A stretch of DNA of 64,000 nt from Leucoraja ocellata (lineage: Eukaryota): positions 1-64,000 of the forward strand of contig JAWMAR010001838.1 of assembly GCA_036785375.1 (NCBI GenBank), written 5' to 3'. The first letter of the stretch is position 1; the number at the start of each line of letters is the position of its first letter. Shown here in pieces: positions 12,885 to 26,873 of this stretch. The notes beneath the pieces were generated by a model. That model worked only from the letters and a program-made list of their open reading frames with translations. It ran no database searches and had not been told where the DNA came from. Both the position numbers and the translations under genes were made by a program.

Positions 12885-13156
12885 CATAGACAATAGACAG
12901 TAGGTGCAGGAGTAGAGGCCATTCGGCCCTTCGAGCCATCACCGCCATTCAATGTGATCATGGCTGATCATCCACAATCAGTACCCCGTTCCTGCCTTCT
13001 CCCCATATCCCCTGACTCCGCTATTTTTAAGAGCCCTATCTAGCTCTCTCTTGAAAGTATCCAGAGAACCAGCCTCCATCTCCCTCTGAGGCAGCTCTCT
13101 GTGAGAAAAAGTGTTTCCTCGTCTCCGTTCTAAATGCCTGACCCCTTATTCTTAAA
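12885..13156 (-). mobile_element. CR1/HER1 3' end
   Basis: atagacaatagacagtaggtgcaggagtagaggccattcggcccttcgagcc. Confidence 0.88.
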
Positions 13157-13196
13157 GAAGGCATAGGAGTTGGCACGATGGGATTCTTAAAGAAGG

Positions 13197-13550
13197 CACG
13201 ATGTTTTGGATCGGGACCCTTCTCTGACTGATTCTAATAGAAAGGAGGAAGCTGGTAAAGAGGTTGGAGGGAGGGACAAAGCCAGACATGTGATGAATGG
13301 GTCCAGGTGAGGGGTGGTTTTGATTGGCAGATGGGTAGACAAAGATGAGAGATGAAAAGAAGGCAAGAGGCTGTAAGATAAAGAGAGGAGAGGAATAAAA
13401 TGTGAAGCCAGAAGAAGGGATATGGGGGAATGGGACAGTTTTGTTTCAGAGATACAGAATGGAAGCGGGCCATTTGGTCCACCAAGTCCATCATTTACAC
13501 TAGTCCTATATTATCCCACTTTCTCATCCACCTCTTAAATGCCAGGGGCA
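13197..13550 (-). mobile_element. Decayed Penelope-end segment followed by a V-SINE 3' fragment
   Basis: gatgttttggatcgggacccttc followed by a purine-rich tract; tttcagagatacag..ggaagcgggccatttggtccacc is the reverse SINE tail. Confidence 0.5.
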
Positions 13551-15350
13551 ATGTTCCTCTTTCACCAGAACTTCTATGCCACAAAAAAGGTGGTGTTTTC
13601 TTCCTGCTCCACACAACTTCTCTCTCGCTAGTGATAACCTCAATACATGTTGCTGTTGCCTGGCAGCTATGGGACATTTGCCTTTAATGGCTGATGCCCT
13701 TCTCTGATTGCTGTGTAGCCAAACACCAGGACTGGAAGCTGAGAGTCTTTCCATCGTGACCCCTTGGTCATAATTTAACATCTTTTTAGGTGGAAATTGA
13801 TCATGTTTATATGTTTAACCACATCCGTCTTGAAAGCTGTAATTGAATCTGCGTTCACCACATTTTTAGCCAGTTCATTCCAAACCTTAATTGCTGCTGC
13901 TTCAAAAGGCTTTTCCTGACTCTTGGAACTGTCCCAAACAGTTTAATTCTGGAGCACAATAGTTCTTATTTTCTCTGTTTACCCTATTTTGAAACCTGAT
14001 TGAGAAATGAAAGATAAAAATCAGAAACAGGGAGGGGTAGAAGTTAGGAGAAAAGTCTTTGCAGTCTATACTCAAGTAGGAAGCAGCACAAGTTCTGGTG
14101 TGAAAGAATTCAATATTCATGATTCATCTAGGCTGGCTAGGTCCAGAAATCTAAAAAGTGTAAATGATTTGTACATCTCTAGTAATGCTCCCTCAATCTT
14201 CTCTGCTCCACGGAGAACACCACCAGATTCTCTGTTACTTTCCTCATAACTTACATCCGTCATTCATATACCGTTACAGTGAATGTGTTCACCATCCTTT
14301 GTTGGACCCCTGTATCTTTCCTAGTGTGTGGTAAACACAATTGAATTCAATAATACTGACATTGTTAATCAGTTTTTTGTAAAGTACAATGAGAAAATGG
14401 TCAGAGTATGCAGCAAGTCAGGTAGCATCAATCGGGGAAAATAAAACTGGGGATAGTAAATTGGACCTTGTCACTAAATATCTCTGAAAACGAAGGTAGA
14501 GAAGTTGAAAAAGGGGAGAGAAGAGTCAGAGATAGAACCAAGTGAAAGTGAGAGCTGAGTGTACGTCAGGGGTATAGGTTTTGGCCCTGGTATTAAGTAG
14601 GAAGCAGCACCTAGCAACTCGCAATGTAACTTTACTTGACTGTTGTGGTTGGAGAACACAGTAGAGGCACAGGAGAGACTTCATTTACCAGGATCTAACC
14701 ATTTGGGCATTGCCATAATGCAGACTCCCTGAGGAAGAAAGAGTCGGGTTTGCTTTCTGAAATGTGGTACGCACTATCAGCAAATGCTTCTTATGATCCA
14801 CAGCCACTTGTATATCCAGAGAGGTAGGCTAAGGCATTAGGCTGAGCAATGGACACATGCTGTGCTTTCAATGGCACTTCTCTTTCATGGGAAGCCAGCA
14901 ATGCTGGAAGATCCAAGTGCCCAAAATAGAGCATTTCCTTGTTGAAATCGTTGTAAATGAGATGGTTTCTTCACGAGTACGCTACTTGAGTGATTGCCCT
15001 GAGGCAGCAGTGAGCAGCAAATTGGAAGATGGCAAATATTTGTTCAATTATAAATGCTAATAGGTACGCTGAGATCAAAGTTGTGAATATTTTCATATGA
15101 TTATATTTATTTATGTTTAAGAGATCTGTTCACAAACTTTTATTTAACATTTTTGTAATGTAAAATCATGAACAAATAGGATATAAAGTGACAACAAAAT
15201 ATGGGGTTGACTCGTAAAGCAAAAATCTACAGAAAATGAGGATAACTGTAAACCTATTGAGTATGTATAAATATGTGTGGTATGAAAATCTCTTTGTAGT
15301 CCTTTATGAGAGAAAAAAATGTGTCTTTGAAATTTGTGCTGGAACATATA

Positions 15351-16827
15351 ATGCCCTCCATAATGTAAAGACCCATCATTTATTTAGTTGCCTCTGTGCT
15401 CCACAATTTGTGATTTGTAATATGTGGTTAAAGTGCACATTGTCAGATGTTACTATAGGCCATTTTTATACATTTTGGTTTCATCATGTACAAATTACAG
15501 CAGTGTTTATACATAGTCCCCCCATTTCAGGGCACCATAATGTTTTGGATACAGCAATACCATGTAAATGAAAGTAGTCATGTTTAGTATTTTGTTGCAT
15601 ATCCTTTGCATGCAATGACTGCTTGAAGTCTGCAATTCGTGGACATCACCAGTTGCTGGGTGTCTTCTCTAGTGATGCTCTGCCAGGCCTGTATTGCAGC
15701 CATTTTTAGCTTATGCTTGTTTTGTGGGCTAGTCCCCTTCAGTTTTCTCTTCAGCATATAAAAGGCATGCTCAATTGGGTTCAAATCAGGTGATTGACTT
15801 GGCCACTCAAGAATTGACCATTTTTTAGCTTTGAAAAACCCCTTTGTTGCTTTAGCAGTATGTTTGTGATCATTGTCTTGCTGTAAAATGAACTGCCAGC
15901 CAATGAGTTTTGAGGCATATTTTTGAACTTGAGCAGATAGGATGTGTCTATAAACTTCAGAATTCATTATGCTACTACCATCAGCAGTTGTATCATCAAT
16001 GAAGATAAGTGAGCCAGTACCTTCAGCAGCCATACATGCCCAGGCCATAACACCCCCACCACCGTGTTTCACAGATGAGGTGGTATGCTTTGGATCTTGG
16101 GCAGTTTCTTCTCTCCTCCATACTTTGCTCTTGCCATCACTCTGATATAAGTTAATCTTCATCTCAGCTGTCGACACAACCTTTTTCCAGAACTTGGTTG
16201 CTCTTTTAAGTACTTCTTGGCAAACTGTAACCTGGCCATCCTATTTTTGCAGCTAACCAGTGGTTTGCATCTTGCAGTGTAGCCTCTGTATTTCTGTTCA
16301 TGAAGTCTTCTACGGACAGTGGTCATTGACAAATCCACACCTGACTCCTGAAGAGTGTTTCTGATCTGTCGGAAAGGTGTTTGGGGATTTTTCTTTATTA
16401 TAGAGAGAATTCTTCTGTCATCAGCTGTGGAGGTCTTCCTTGGCCTGCCAGTCCCTTTGTGATTGGCAAGCTCACCAGTGCTCTCTTTCTTCTTAATGAT
16501 GTTCCAAACAGTTGATTTTGGTAAGCCTAAGATTTGGCTGATGTCTCTAACAGTTTTATTCTTGTTTCTCAGTCTCAAAATGGTTTCTTTGAATTTGATT
16601 GGTCCAAATGTTGATCAACAGCAATAAATTTTACAAATGTGTTAGAAAGACTGGAGGAAAGACTAGGTGCTGAGAGGTCCCTTATACCTGTATTAAGGAG
16701 GTATTTAAACACACCTGAACAATTACAAACACCTGTGAAGCCATGTCCCAAACATGATGGCGCCTTGAAAAGGGTAGGGGGGGGGGGGGGGGGGGGGGGG
16801 GGTGCTATGTATAAACACAGCTGTAAT
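15351..16827 (-). mobile_element. Tc1-like transposon copy 2, near full length
   Basis: About 200-bp left TIR; right TIR partly present (16744-16826) and cut by CR1; contains the transposase. Confidence 0.93.
15584..16578 (-). pseudogene. Tc1 DD34E transposase split by one frameshift near 16165
   Basis: HTH part with GRPRKT (16159..16578); catalytic part VKHGGGGVMAW, QQDNDHKHT, WPSQSPDLNPIEH (15584..16177). Confidence 0.93.
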
Positions 16828-17372
16828 TTCTGGTCTCCAAATCTGAGGAAAGACATTCTTGCCATAGAGGCAGTACAGAGAAGGTTCACCAGACTGATTC
16901 CTGGGATGGCAGGACTTTCATATGAAGAAAGACTGGATAGACTCGGTTTGTACTCGCTAGAAATTAGAAGATTGAGGGGGGATCTTATAGAAACTTACAA
17001 AATTCTTAAGTGGTTGGACAGGCTAGATGCAGGAAGATTGTTCCCGATGTTGGGGAAGTCCAGAACAAGGGGTCACAGTTTAAGGATAAGGGGGAAATCT
17101 TTTAGGACCGAGATGAGGAAAACATTTTTCACGCAGAGAGTGGTGAATCTCTGGAATTCTCTGCCACAGAAGGTGGTTAAGGCCAGTTCATTGGCTATAT
17201 TTAAGAGGGAGTTAGATGTGGCCCTTGTGGCTAAAGAGATCAGGGGGTATGGAGAGACGGCAGGTACGGGATACTGAGTTGGATGATCAGCCATGATCAT
17301 ATTGAATGGCGGTGCAGGCTGGAAGGGCCGAATGGCCTACTCCTGCACCTATTGTCTATGTTTCTCTGTATG
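16828..17372 (+). mobile_element. CR1/HER1 3' fragment
   Basis: FWSPNLRKDILAIE.VQRRFTRLIPGM..LRGDLIETYKI; standard 3' UTR. Confidence 0.93.
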
Positions 17373-18423
17373 TGGCTATATTATTGTAATCCAAGCTCTG
17401 TCTTACTTCTGTGCAGCATCGTTATCAATGGAATGTGAAATTTGTCCTTCCTCAGTCTGCAAAATCTTTCCTCTGTTTGTTCCACTTAGATGGCTCCTTA
17501 AAGTAATTGATGAGTTGCTTCCACTGAAGTTATGTGGGTTTGTGAAGTGGCTGATGAAGCCAGTGAAGGATCCACCAAACCTGCCACATGTGTGAAGGTG
17601 GACAATTGATGAGGAAGGTGGATGTTGGAAGTGATGCCATTGTCACTTCTGTGTGCTTCCAACACACACTTGATGTTCTCAGTACCACCACAAAGGTTCA
17701 TTTTCATTGGTCATGGGTCTTAATTCGCTTAATTTTGCAAGGATGTTACACTCTAAAATAGGCCTTTGGGAATATACTTGAACCAATTCTTCTCTCCTCA
17801 TGATAATTTCTTGCTGTGCTGAACTTGCAGTATCTTTCAGGATTTTCATAATTCAACCTGCCATTTAAAGTGGAATAGAAAGATACATACATTTGGGAAG
17901 GTGAGTTCCAAGACATCATTGGCCTGAATATTGAAGCATATGAGAGAACGGGCCTTAAATGAATGATTCTTCTGTTTATAACCTTTAGACATTTGCCCTC
18001 TATTCTTTACTTTCTTGCACAATATAGACATAAAATACTACGTAACCCTTTCAATGTTGAATGTGCTTCTATTCAGCACCACTGTTATCTCTTGACAGAT
18101 ATGGATAATCTCCTCAAATTTGCCGTTGTCCTTCACTTGTCCTCTCCCACAGAATTTTGATTTCTAGTTTTGACTCTCCAGTGTTTTATGTTGTTATTGT
18201 TGCATGCTTGGAACCTGGTTTAAGAGTTTGTAGAAGTATCTATTCTATTTAAAGTTGGAATGTGAGTAAGATGGTGAAATGATTCCATGAATATGTTATC
18301 AGGGCTTGTCATCTTGACAAGATTTACACACAGTATTGGCTAATTCTAATTTTGCAATGATAATCCATGCCAAACAACTTGAACTGTTCTCATTTTGTGA
18401 ACTGAGCCACATGTGCAGGATGG

Positions 18424-19011
18424 ATAAGATGGCGGCGCTGCCTTAGCAGCTGCGGCTCGCCTGCAGTCTGTTTGTTTTTTTCTTTTTTTTGTTTGTTCTT
18501 TTGTCCTGTTTTAGTTAATTTTGGTTTTATTTTATTATGTTGTGTATGGGTGTGGGGGGGAACGTGTTTTTGGTCTCTTCCTTCGGGGGGATGCGACTTC
18601 TCTTGTCGTATTCCCCGTGTCCGTCTCCGTCTGCGCCAAGGCCTAATGGCGGAGCTGGGGCAGCGTTCCGGCGGCAACGGAGACCCGGCAGCGGAGCTGT
18701 GGCATTCCGACAGCAACATCGGAGATGTGGCGTTCCAGCGCCAGCGGCGAGTTGACCTCGGTGGACGACAACGTCGGGAGCTCACAGGTCGGAGCAGAGG
18801 GAGAACAAGGAGGGAAGAGACAAGAACTTTAAGATTTTTGCCTTCCATCACAGTGAGGAGGTGTTTGGTGAACTCACTGTGGTGGATGTTAAATTTGTGT
18901 TTATTGGGTGTTTTTGTCATTTTTATTATATGTATGACTGCAGGCAATGAAATTTTGTTCAGACCGAAAGGTCTGAATGACAATAAAGGCTACTTTACTT
19001 TTACTTTACTT
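18424..19011 (+). mobile_element. GC-rich non-autonomous retroposon with Rex1-type tail (copy B)
   Basis: Head aagatggcggcgctg..gcggctcgcctgcagtc; 3' hairpin ttcagacc-gaaa-ggtctgaa, tgacaataaa, (tttac)n. Confidence 0.78.
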
Positions 19012-19132
19012 TATGTGTGCACCAGGAATACACAATATGTTTGCTTCAGTGTGTTTGCTTTTGCAAGCTGTGACTATGACTTAGAGATAGCTCTAAGTTT
19101 ATTAGCGTATTAATTTAGTATAAAAACAATAG

Positions 19133-19207
19133 TATATATAATATTATATATTATATATATATAATATATATATTATATATACTGTATAATATATATATTA
19201 TATATAT
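19133..19207. repeat. Imperfect (TA)n microsatellite
   Basis: Read directly. Confidence 0.9.
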
Positions 19208-22200
19208 GTGGATGTAACAGTAGCACTTGTTTGAATTAGTTGGCTAAAATATGAGATTATAAGAGGCCAAGGTAGGGTAGACACAATCTTTTTCCCATGG
19301 GTGAGCATAGTTTTAAGATGTGAGTAAAGATGTGAATTGAGGGAAGTTATTTTATACTAAGTGTGGTTCAGATCCTGAACTTGTTGCCAAAGGGGATGGT
19401 TTAAGAAATATTTAGACTTGCGGATAAATAGGTACCAAGCATGCTCCTATAACATGAAGTATTGTAGGGAAATGCGATTGATGTAGATAGTCAAAATGGT
19501 TAAAATAAATAGTGGGCAGAAGGACCATTTCTGTGACAACTCTATGACTATAAGATGATTCCAACTATGAAAAATACAAAAAAACGAAAAACTGATTGTA
19601 AAAGCTACAAGAAGATGGGATGAGAAAAATTGTCTTTTCACGAAAATGTTCTATTCTGCACACTAGTTTGGTGCTGAAAATGAATATTATGATTTTATTA
19701 ATAGCTAATGCAAACATTGTCATTTATTTGGAAAATAAAGTTAATTTCTGGCTAGAGTTGAAATTACTTTCTGAAGAGGAAAAATATCAAAATAAATGGT
19801 CCAAAATATACAAATGAATATATGTATTTACCATCTCCAATGCAAATGCAAAAAATGTTGCTTTGAAAATGTATTGAGGTGTGTTCCTAGACTGGGGTCA
19901 TTGATGTTGAGGTTACTGCATCAATGATAAAAACAAATGCTGTGAAAATGAACAGCACAGTCCATCCACATGGAAGACTAGGAATCTAAAGTTCAGGATG
20001 AGCATCCAAAGGAAAATGTATCCTTGGGCCTTTACTTTCTGAACCACATCTCTTATTGAATCAAATCTATGAAGCTCAACTTGTGACATTGCACAGTTCG
20101 TCTGGGATTAAATCAAATCTGTTGTTATATAAAAAAGTAAATGTTATTGATTTCCCCTCCTGCTGAGAACTTCAGGTAATGAGATCTCTATAAGATAAAG
20201 GGTCTTGTTTCTTGACTGGTCTCACAATTGTGAGATTTGAGTGGGCAGGGTAGGCTATATCAATCCTTTTTGCCCTCAGGTTCTGCTCTCCAGAATTGTA
20301 AGATATCTGACTCATTTATTAATTACAGACAATTGATGGTAGAGATAGAGGACAAAGCTTTGACAAAAAGCAGGTCCTCAACGTGTACAGGTATCCACTG
20401 GCTGTGATTCATTTTACATTATTGTATCAAATTCATACGGAAATTTTCCAAACACTAATCCGCCTTTCTGAAGATTTAGAATATGATAATGGCCAAATTA
20501 AAATTAGTTGAATTATCTTATTAAATATCTTACCTCACAAAGGCATTTTCAACCAATCTAATTCATCAAATACACTAAACTTTAAATATATGTGCCAATA
20601 TCCAAAGGGCGTTGAGGCTTCTGCATCTGCACACCATCGTTGCTTCTGTACAATATCGTTTTTATTTTGTCATTATATTTTGTTAGAACTAAAGGTATAA
20701 ACAACTTTTTTAACAGCAATTATGAACTCAAATATAACATCACAATATTGTACTGTAAAAGGGACTTTGTTATAATGTTTATGTTTTATTATCTAAATTA
20801 TGAAACCTAGTAAAAGTGTCACAATCTCCTGTCGTGTTCGTTTGTCATTGTGTGGTGAGATCAGACTAGTGCCGAGAAATTGCTTTACTGCATCTTTGTT
20901 GAGATGTATCCTAACCCACTTTGTTTTTCAAAGTATCACTTAGAGTACAGTATGACAGAGTACATTTTGAGTTTTCTGGAACAGCATTTGTTCTGTGAGA
21001 GTGTTGATCTACTATAATTTCAGCTGTAGGCATTTAGACTAGCAGCTCAAATGTGGCAACTGGCTCTTAAAGATACACACTTACAAACAAGCCACACTCT
21101 TCCAGACACTGGGGATTATTGCTGCTTGGAGAATCAATGCTGTGGTGATGAGGCATAGGGAATTGAAGGATACTCCCATGGGGTCACAGAGACCTGGGTC
21201 AAGCAAATGAAGTGCAATCCTCCCATGATTTATATTCTTTATGCAACTTACTTATGAAGATTCTCCGAGGCCATAGCCAAGCACTCCTAACATAAAAGTA
21301 TCATTAACTGCAAGCAGCATTATTAAGTGAGTACGTTCTATGCATGCCTCCACTTTGGGGAAGTCCAAAAATCCCTTTTGCTTGCTTCTTGGGTAACGTG
21401 TTTTTAACAGTGTTCCAAACTATTGCCTATTAAGTATTAAGCAAATGTTGCACTTGTGAATACTACACAGGTATGTTACACACTCGGCAAATTCCTGCTG
21501 CAGGCTGCTCCTAAAAATACCTGAATGTAGCCTAACAGGATCAATTTAAATTTCATGAGATGAAATCATCTGTTCTATGTGATTCACTTCATTAATTCTT
21601 GACCATTTACTCATGGAATACTGGCCACTCAACTTTCCATCCTGACTGCCACATTGACTAAAAGTGCTGTCACTGACCACAGCCCTTCAAAGTTATCTTG
21701 ATCACCCCTCTTATCACAGAGCCCACTTTAATCCATCAGTCCACAGAGTGTGCTACAACTGACAGTGAGTGTTTATGCTAGTGTTTAGCTGCTGCGCTAC
21801 TCGTTCTATGACTGCCTCCATGCTGACTGCTGGCACCTCTTCATTGTTGGTGTCTTTAGCAGAGTCACGCCAGGCCACTAACAGGCGTTGGGGCAAGGGT
21901 CAAAGCCATAGCAATACGAGAAGGGCCAATGTGTCAGATACACCATTCCCTTTCTGATGTCCAATGTACTCAGATATTCAAGAGATAGGAAAGAGATATT
22001 TGATATCCTTTGGTCTTCATCAATAATCTTCAGCCTGGACTGCTTTCTCCAATGAGCCCAGTGCCAGTGACGCTCAGCTTCCTCACCAATATGTCATTCA
22101 AAGCAGCAACAGAAGGTATAGACTGGCTCTCTATACCGAGAGGAGCATCTTCATTTATTTTAATTTCCCTGAGGACTAGGTCTCGACTACTAAGATTTAT

Positions 22201-22449
22201 CACCACTGATGGCTTTTATAAGTGTATGCAGCTAATTGTGTGGTCTCAAGGACTGCCATTAATCAGACGTTTTCATCAGTGTAAAGGATTTCCAATCCTT
22301 CAATATGCAACTGGCCAAAGTTCATGAGAAGCATTTCTTATTGTTCAATGCCATGCTTCCCATGTCTCCCCGGGAATGTTGCACTGCTGGATATTTCCAG
22401 TGATGAACACTGCCTGGAAAACCAGACCCTGGGAGCGAGAGCTACTCTA

Positions 22450-22582
22450 TCTTGATGGAGAGTCTTGACCTGAAACATTGATCTACCTATTTTCTCCATG
22501 GATGCTGCCTGACCCACTGAGTTCATCCAACAATTTGTCTTTTGCATCCAGATTCCAGCATCTACAGTCTTTCGTGTCTCCA
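22450..22582 (+). mobile_element. Older Penelope-end insertion
   Basis: gacctgaaacattg..tctccatggatgctgcctgacccactgagttc..gattccagcatctacagt matches the 47118 family. Confidence 0.6.
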
Positions 22583-23173
22583 TTCTTACTTTACTTCCAT
22601 GACTCCTTGGAGAAGCACACTTTGTATTACAGCATCTGAGTGTTGAAGAGAAAGTCATGCATGTACCAGAATTATAAACAGGATTCCAGTCCCAACATCA
22701 GTCCTGGCCTGCCCTGTTGTATACAGCAACCACCTGCAGCTATCTCATCTTGGTGAGCTGCATATTGCCCAACACAGTTTTAATGGAAATTAAATTATCC
22801 CTCTACCAAGAATCTGCTCGGGGAATTCATATGGCACTTAGAGTTCCTTCATCTTTCTATGAAGATCCACTTGAACTGATGAGGCAAAGGATCCCTCATC
22901 CTCTAATGACAATACTACAAAAATAATGTATGCACCACATTATGCATGTTCAAGTGACAGAAATTCATTTTTTACAGGATTAACAAATCATTTCCAAAAC
23001 CCTCTACAATTTATGGTCAATGCTGCAGCATACCTGGTAATGATGGTGTCTACTGTTGAATGATTGAAATAGGAGGTGGTCATGACGGTAAACCATTATT
23101 AGTGGGCAAGCCTGTCAGATCCTAGTTACTCTGGGGTCCAGAAATATTTGCAGCTTTTTTGACCCTGGACTTT

Positions 23174-23500
23174 GAGGCCACGGTGGCGCAGCAGTAGAGT
23201 TGCTGCCTTACAGCACTTGCAGCGCCAGAGACCCGGGTTCGATCCCGACTACGGGTGCTCTCTGTACGGAGTTGGTACATTCTCCCCATGATCGTGTGGG
23301 TTTTCTCCGAGATCTTCGGTTTCCTCCCACACTGCAAAGACATACAGTTATGTAGGTTAATTGGCCTTGTGTATGTGTAAATTGTCCTTAGTGTGTGTAG
23401 GATAGTGTTAATGTGTAGGGATCGCTGGTTGGTGAGGGCTCGGTGGGCCAAAGGGCCTGTTTCCGTGCTGTATCTTTAAACTAAACTAAATTAAACTAAA
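23174..23500 (+). mobile_element. tRNA-derived V-SINE (HE1-like), full length
   Basis: A box tggcgcagcagtag (23184), B box gggttcgatccc (23235), central ggtttcctcccac domain, LINE-like tail gggcctgtttccgtgctgta, (ctaaa)n. Confidence 0.9.
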
Positions 23501-24005
23501 TAAATAGCCTCCATAAGCCTGGAGAGGTAAAGTACTCACAGACTTCCCACTTAATCCTCCTTGTTTTAGCTTAATAGAGGATTTAGAGTGACCTCTTCGA
23601 TATCCTGCCTTTGGAGGCTTGACATCAGCATGGAGAATGGAATGGGTAAATTGTCTACAGTGGAGTGGGAATATTGTATGGAGAAGAAGCTTGTGTGTGT
23701 GTGATGTGGATGGGGTGATTCACAGCTTTAGGGATGTGTGTGGGTCTCTGGATCGGCATGTCTGTGGAAGGGAGCTGTCTTTTCATTGCTATGAAATTCA
23801 CTTTGACATATTTTGTGAGGTCATGAAACACAAAATGTGACATTGTTGTGTGAGAATTCTCATACCTGGAGGTGACATTGCTCGCTTTCTCGTGCCAAGC
23901 ACGATCTGGCATGTCCCTTACCCATCTGCTACACAAGACTGCTATACACGCAACTTAGTATGTCTCAGTGAACCTGAAATCTCTCACACTCTGCCATGCA
24001 GCCTA

Positions 24006-24095
24006 TCTCTCTCTCTCTCTCTCTCTCTCCCTCCCTCTCTCCCTCCCCCTCTCTCCCCCTCTCCCCCTCTCCCTCTCCCTCTCCCTCTCCCCTCA
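24006..24095. repeat. CT-rich microsatellite
   Basis: Read directly. Confidence 0.9.
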
Positions 24096-25835
24096 TAGAG
24101 GTATAATGTGAGTTGCTGCTGTCTGTGAAGGGTTGTGAAGGGAAGAATGCCTTTAAATGTGTATACACTTGAGTGATGTTTGCACAGCAAGATATAGGTA
24201 CATTGGAAAATGCAGATGTGAAGCACATTTATCATCTGTTTGACCAATTTCTAGATTTTTCTGTGAAGGGTCCCGGTTTGATATTTGTGCTAAATGTACT
24301 ATGTTTTAGCAGCCAAAAGCATATCCAGTTTATAGGCAAACGTGACATGTATAATTATTTCCTAAAGATATGAGATTCCTAAGAATGAGTGACTAAATCT
24401 AACGAGTGACCAAAGGTCAGACAGCGTTATGACTTGAGGGTCATTACAAGCTCTATGGTGTGGCCGGGGAAGAGATTTGAACCCAGTGAAAATGATGCAC
24501 AAATTGCCAGAATCAGTCAAACAGAAATTGGAGAGAGGATGATTGAAAACTGTGGGAAGTTACATGGAGAGCAATGGTAAAAAGACATGGAGCCATTGAA
24601 AGACAAGACCCAGTAGTTTATAGTCATGGACTTGTTATTATTGTGGCATTTCCTCATTAGATCTTAGTCTCAGTAGTACAGGAACTTTCTTCAGCATTCT
24701 TTAAGTAATATGGAGATTGTGAATATATGATACCTAAACTTGTGTTTTCTACTTTACTTCACTTGTCTCAGCTGCATAATGTCCCCTTGTTCATTATGGT
24801 AAGGAGGTAGTCAAAGTTTAGTTCCTACTACTGTGGCTCCAGTGATTCCCGGATTGTTGGAATTAATTTCCCTTGCCATTGTTAACTCGATGGGGTAATT
24901 ATATGAAATATAAAGTGAGGTTTTAAAACAGTAAGTGATTTTTAATACAATTTCTGATTAAACATAATTTCTTTGTGGCTCAATAATTTAGCCTGTGTTG
25001 AATGATTTAGCCATTCTAATGCTGAACACTTTCGGAGTGAACTGACTTCAGACCTGTTCCTATTGCAACTCTGTACCTGAAGAGCTCAATGCACAGATAA
25101 CCACAAATGTAAGAGCATCATTTACCGCTCTCTTATTTGAATTATTTTTTCTGATGCACTTGAGTAGATTCTTTTCTTAACGTATCTTTCTTTTAATTCT
25201 TTAAAGCTCAATGTATAGGTGCAGAAGGAAAACATGTAATTTGACAAATCAGATTACATGTTTTTTTTCCACTTAACCAAGTGCAACCTGCTCTTTCTAC
25301 CTAATCGATTTAATATCTGAAGGAATGATACTAAAAAGATTTTTTCCCAGTTCCGGATATATTCAGCAGATCAGTTTACTCATTTAGCCTCAAATGCCAC
25401 ATTTCAATGTTATATTCTTAGAATTGATCTTTCCATAAACTAGGCTTCTTGCACAAGGGTTTCACATTGTTCATTCATCCTTCCCTGGTTTCATTATCAA
25501 GATCTTTAATCTTGGTTTTCTGCAGATATCAAATGATATGTGGAAAGGAAAGTGATTCTAATCATGCTGTCTTGGAGTAGTTCTTAATCCTTTTGATAGC
25601 ATTGACACACAGTGTGCTGCACTTTTTAGCATAAAGGCACTTTCTATAACATTATCAAGTAGCCCTTCTGCACTCTGAGCCTGATAAGTAAAAATCAACA
25701 AAGTTATTACAACCAAGCCTAACCTCACTCTCACCTGATATCCCTGTATACCCTTCCCAACCGTGTGTGGACCCTGTATATCCCTGTATACCCTTCCCAA
25801 CCGGATGTCGAGATATCGAATGGTAACGACGAAAC

Positions 25836-26803
25836 GCCAAATAACTGCACGGACACGACGCCTAAAAGCCAAATAACCGAAAGGGCACAACGCCGAAAGA
25901 TACGAACCCGAACGGACTCCACGGCGAAAGGACAATACGCAGAACGGACATGACGTCTCCGTGGATGGGATTTATCCGAGACTTTGTCAGCGATTGGTCC
26001 AGACCCCTGCGTCCATCACATCGCTGGCCGGGGGAGACGGGAGAGTGAGGAGCATTTTTAATTTTCCTTCGCCACATTTGGACTTTCCTGAATATAAAAT
26101 AAAACCCCGTGTGATTGAAACTTTCGGTTGATTTAACAAAATGATAATCCAAATTGTTTCCATAGATATTTACACCAACAGTAATGCTGTAACAATTATA
26201 TTTCAACTACCACAATACATTCACTACCATGCATCTTGAAGGCCAGTGGTCCTTTGGCTGAGAATCGAGAAACCAGACGAAAAGATATGAATGCTTTTAA
26301 AAAATATCTTAGCTCCCTGAGTCGGTTCAGTGATATGACAGAACTGGTCGTTTTGCGCTCGGCGATTTCCTTTGGGTTGGAAAAGTGGGTCAGTTGTAGA
26401 GAAAACCTTTTATCAAGTGCATTGAGGGAAATTAAACACATTTTGGAACCAGCTTTCATCTGATCTAACTGACCGCATCAACTATATCTGCTTTCCAATA
26501 GGAAATACACTCAGGTGATAGGGGAAATTGTAAAAAGGGCACAAAGGCAAGGAGGTTGTGTTGAACTTTGTTGAAACATTGGTTTCATTAAGGCTGGGAT
26601 ATTGGGCACTGCACTTGTCAGTGCAAAAGCACAGCAGAGAGCGCAGACACGATTTACTAGAACAGGTAGACTGAAATTGCTGGAGGAACTTAGGCGGCAT
26701 CTGTGGAGGGAATGGATTAGGAGTTGTTTGGGACCAGGGTTCTTCTTTAATAGGAAGGAACGGCAGATGCAGTTGTCTTTGCAAAATGCTAAATGATTCT
26801 GGG

Positions 26804-26873
<70 letters not shown>

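Noticed and set aside
16639-17277. 212-aa ORF as a Tc1-CR1 fusion gene
   Set aside because: Chance read-through from TIR and poly-G sequence into a CR1 fragment
23174-23250. tRNA gene
   Set aside because: The A/B boxes belong to a SINE head that continues into the V-domain and LINE-like tail
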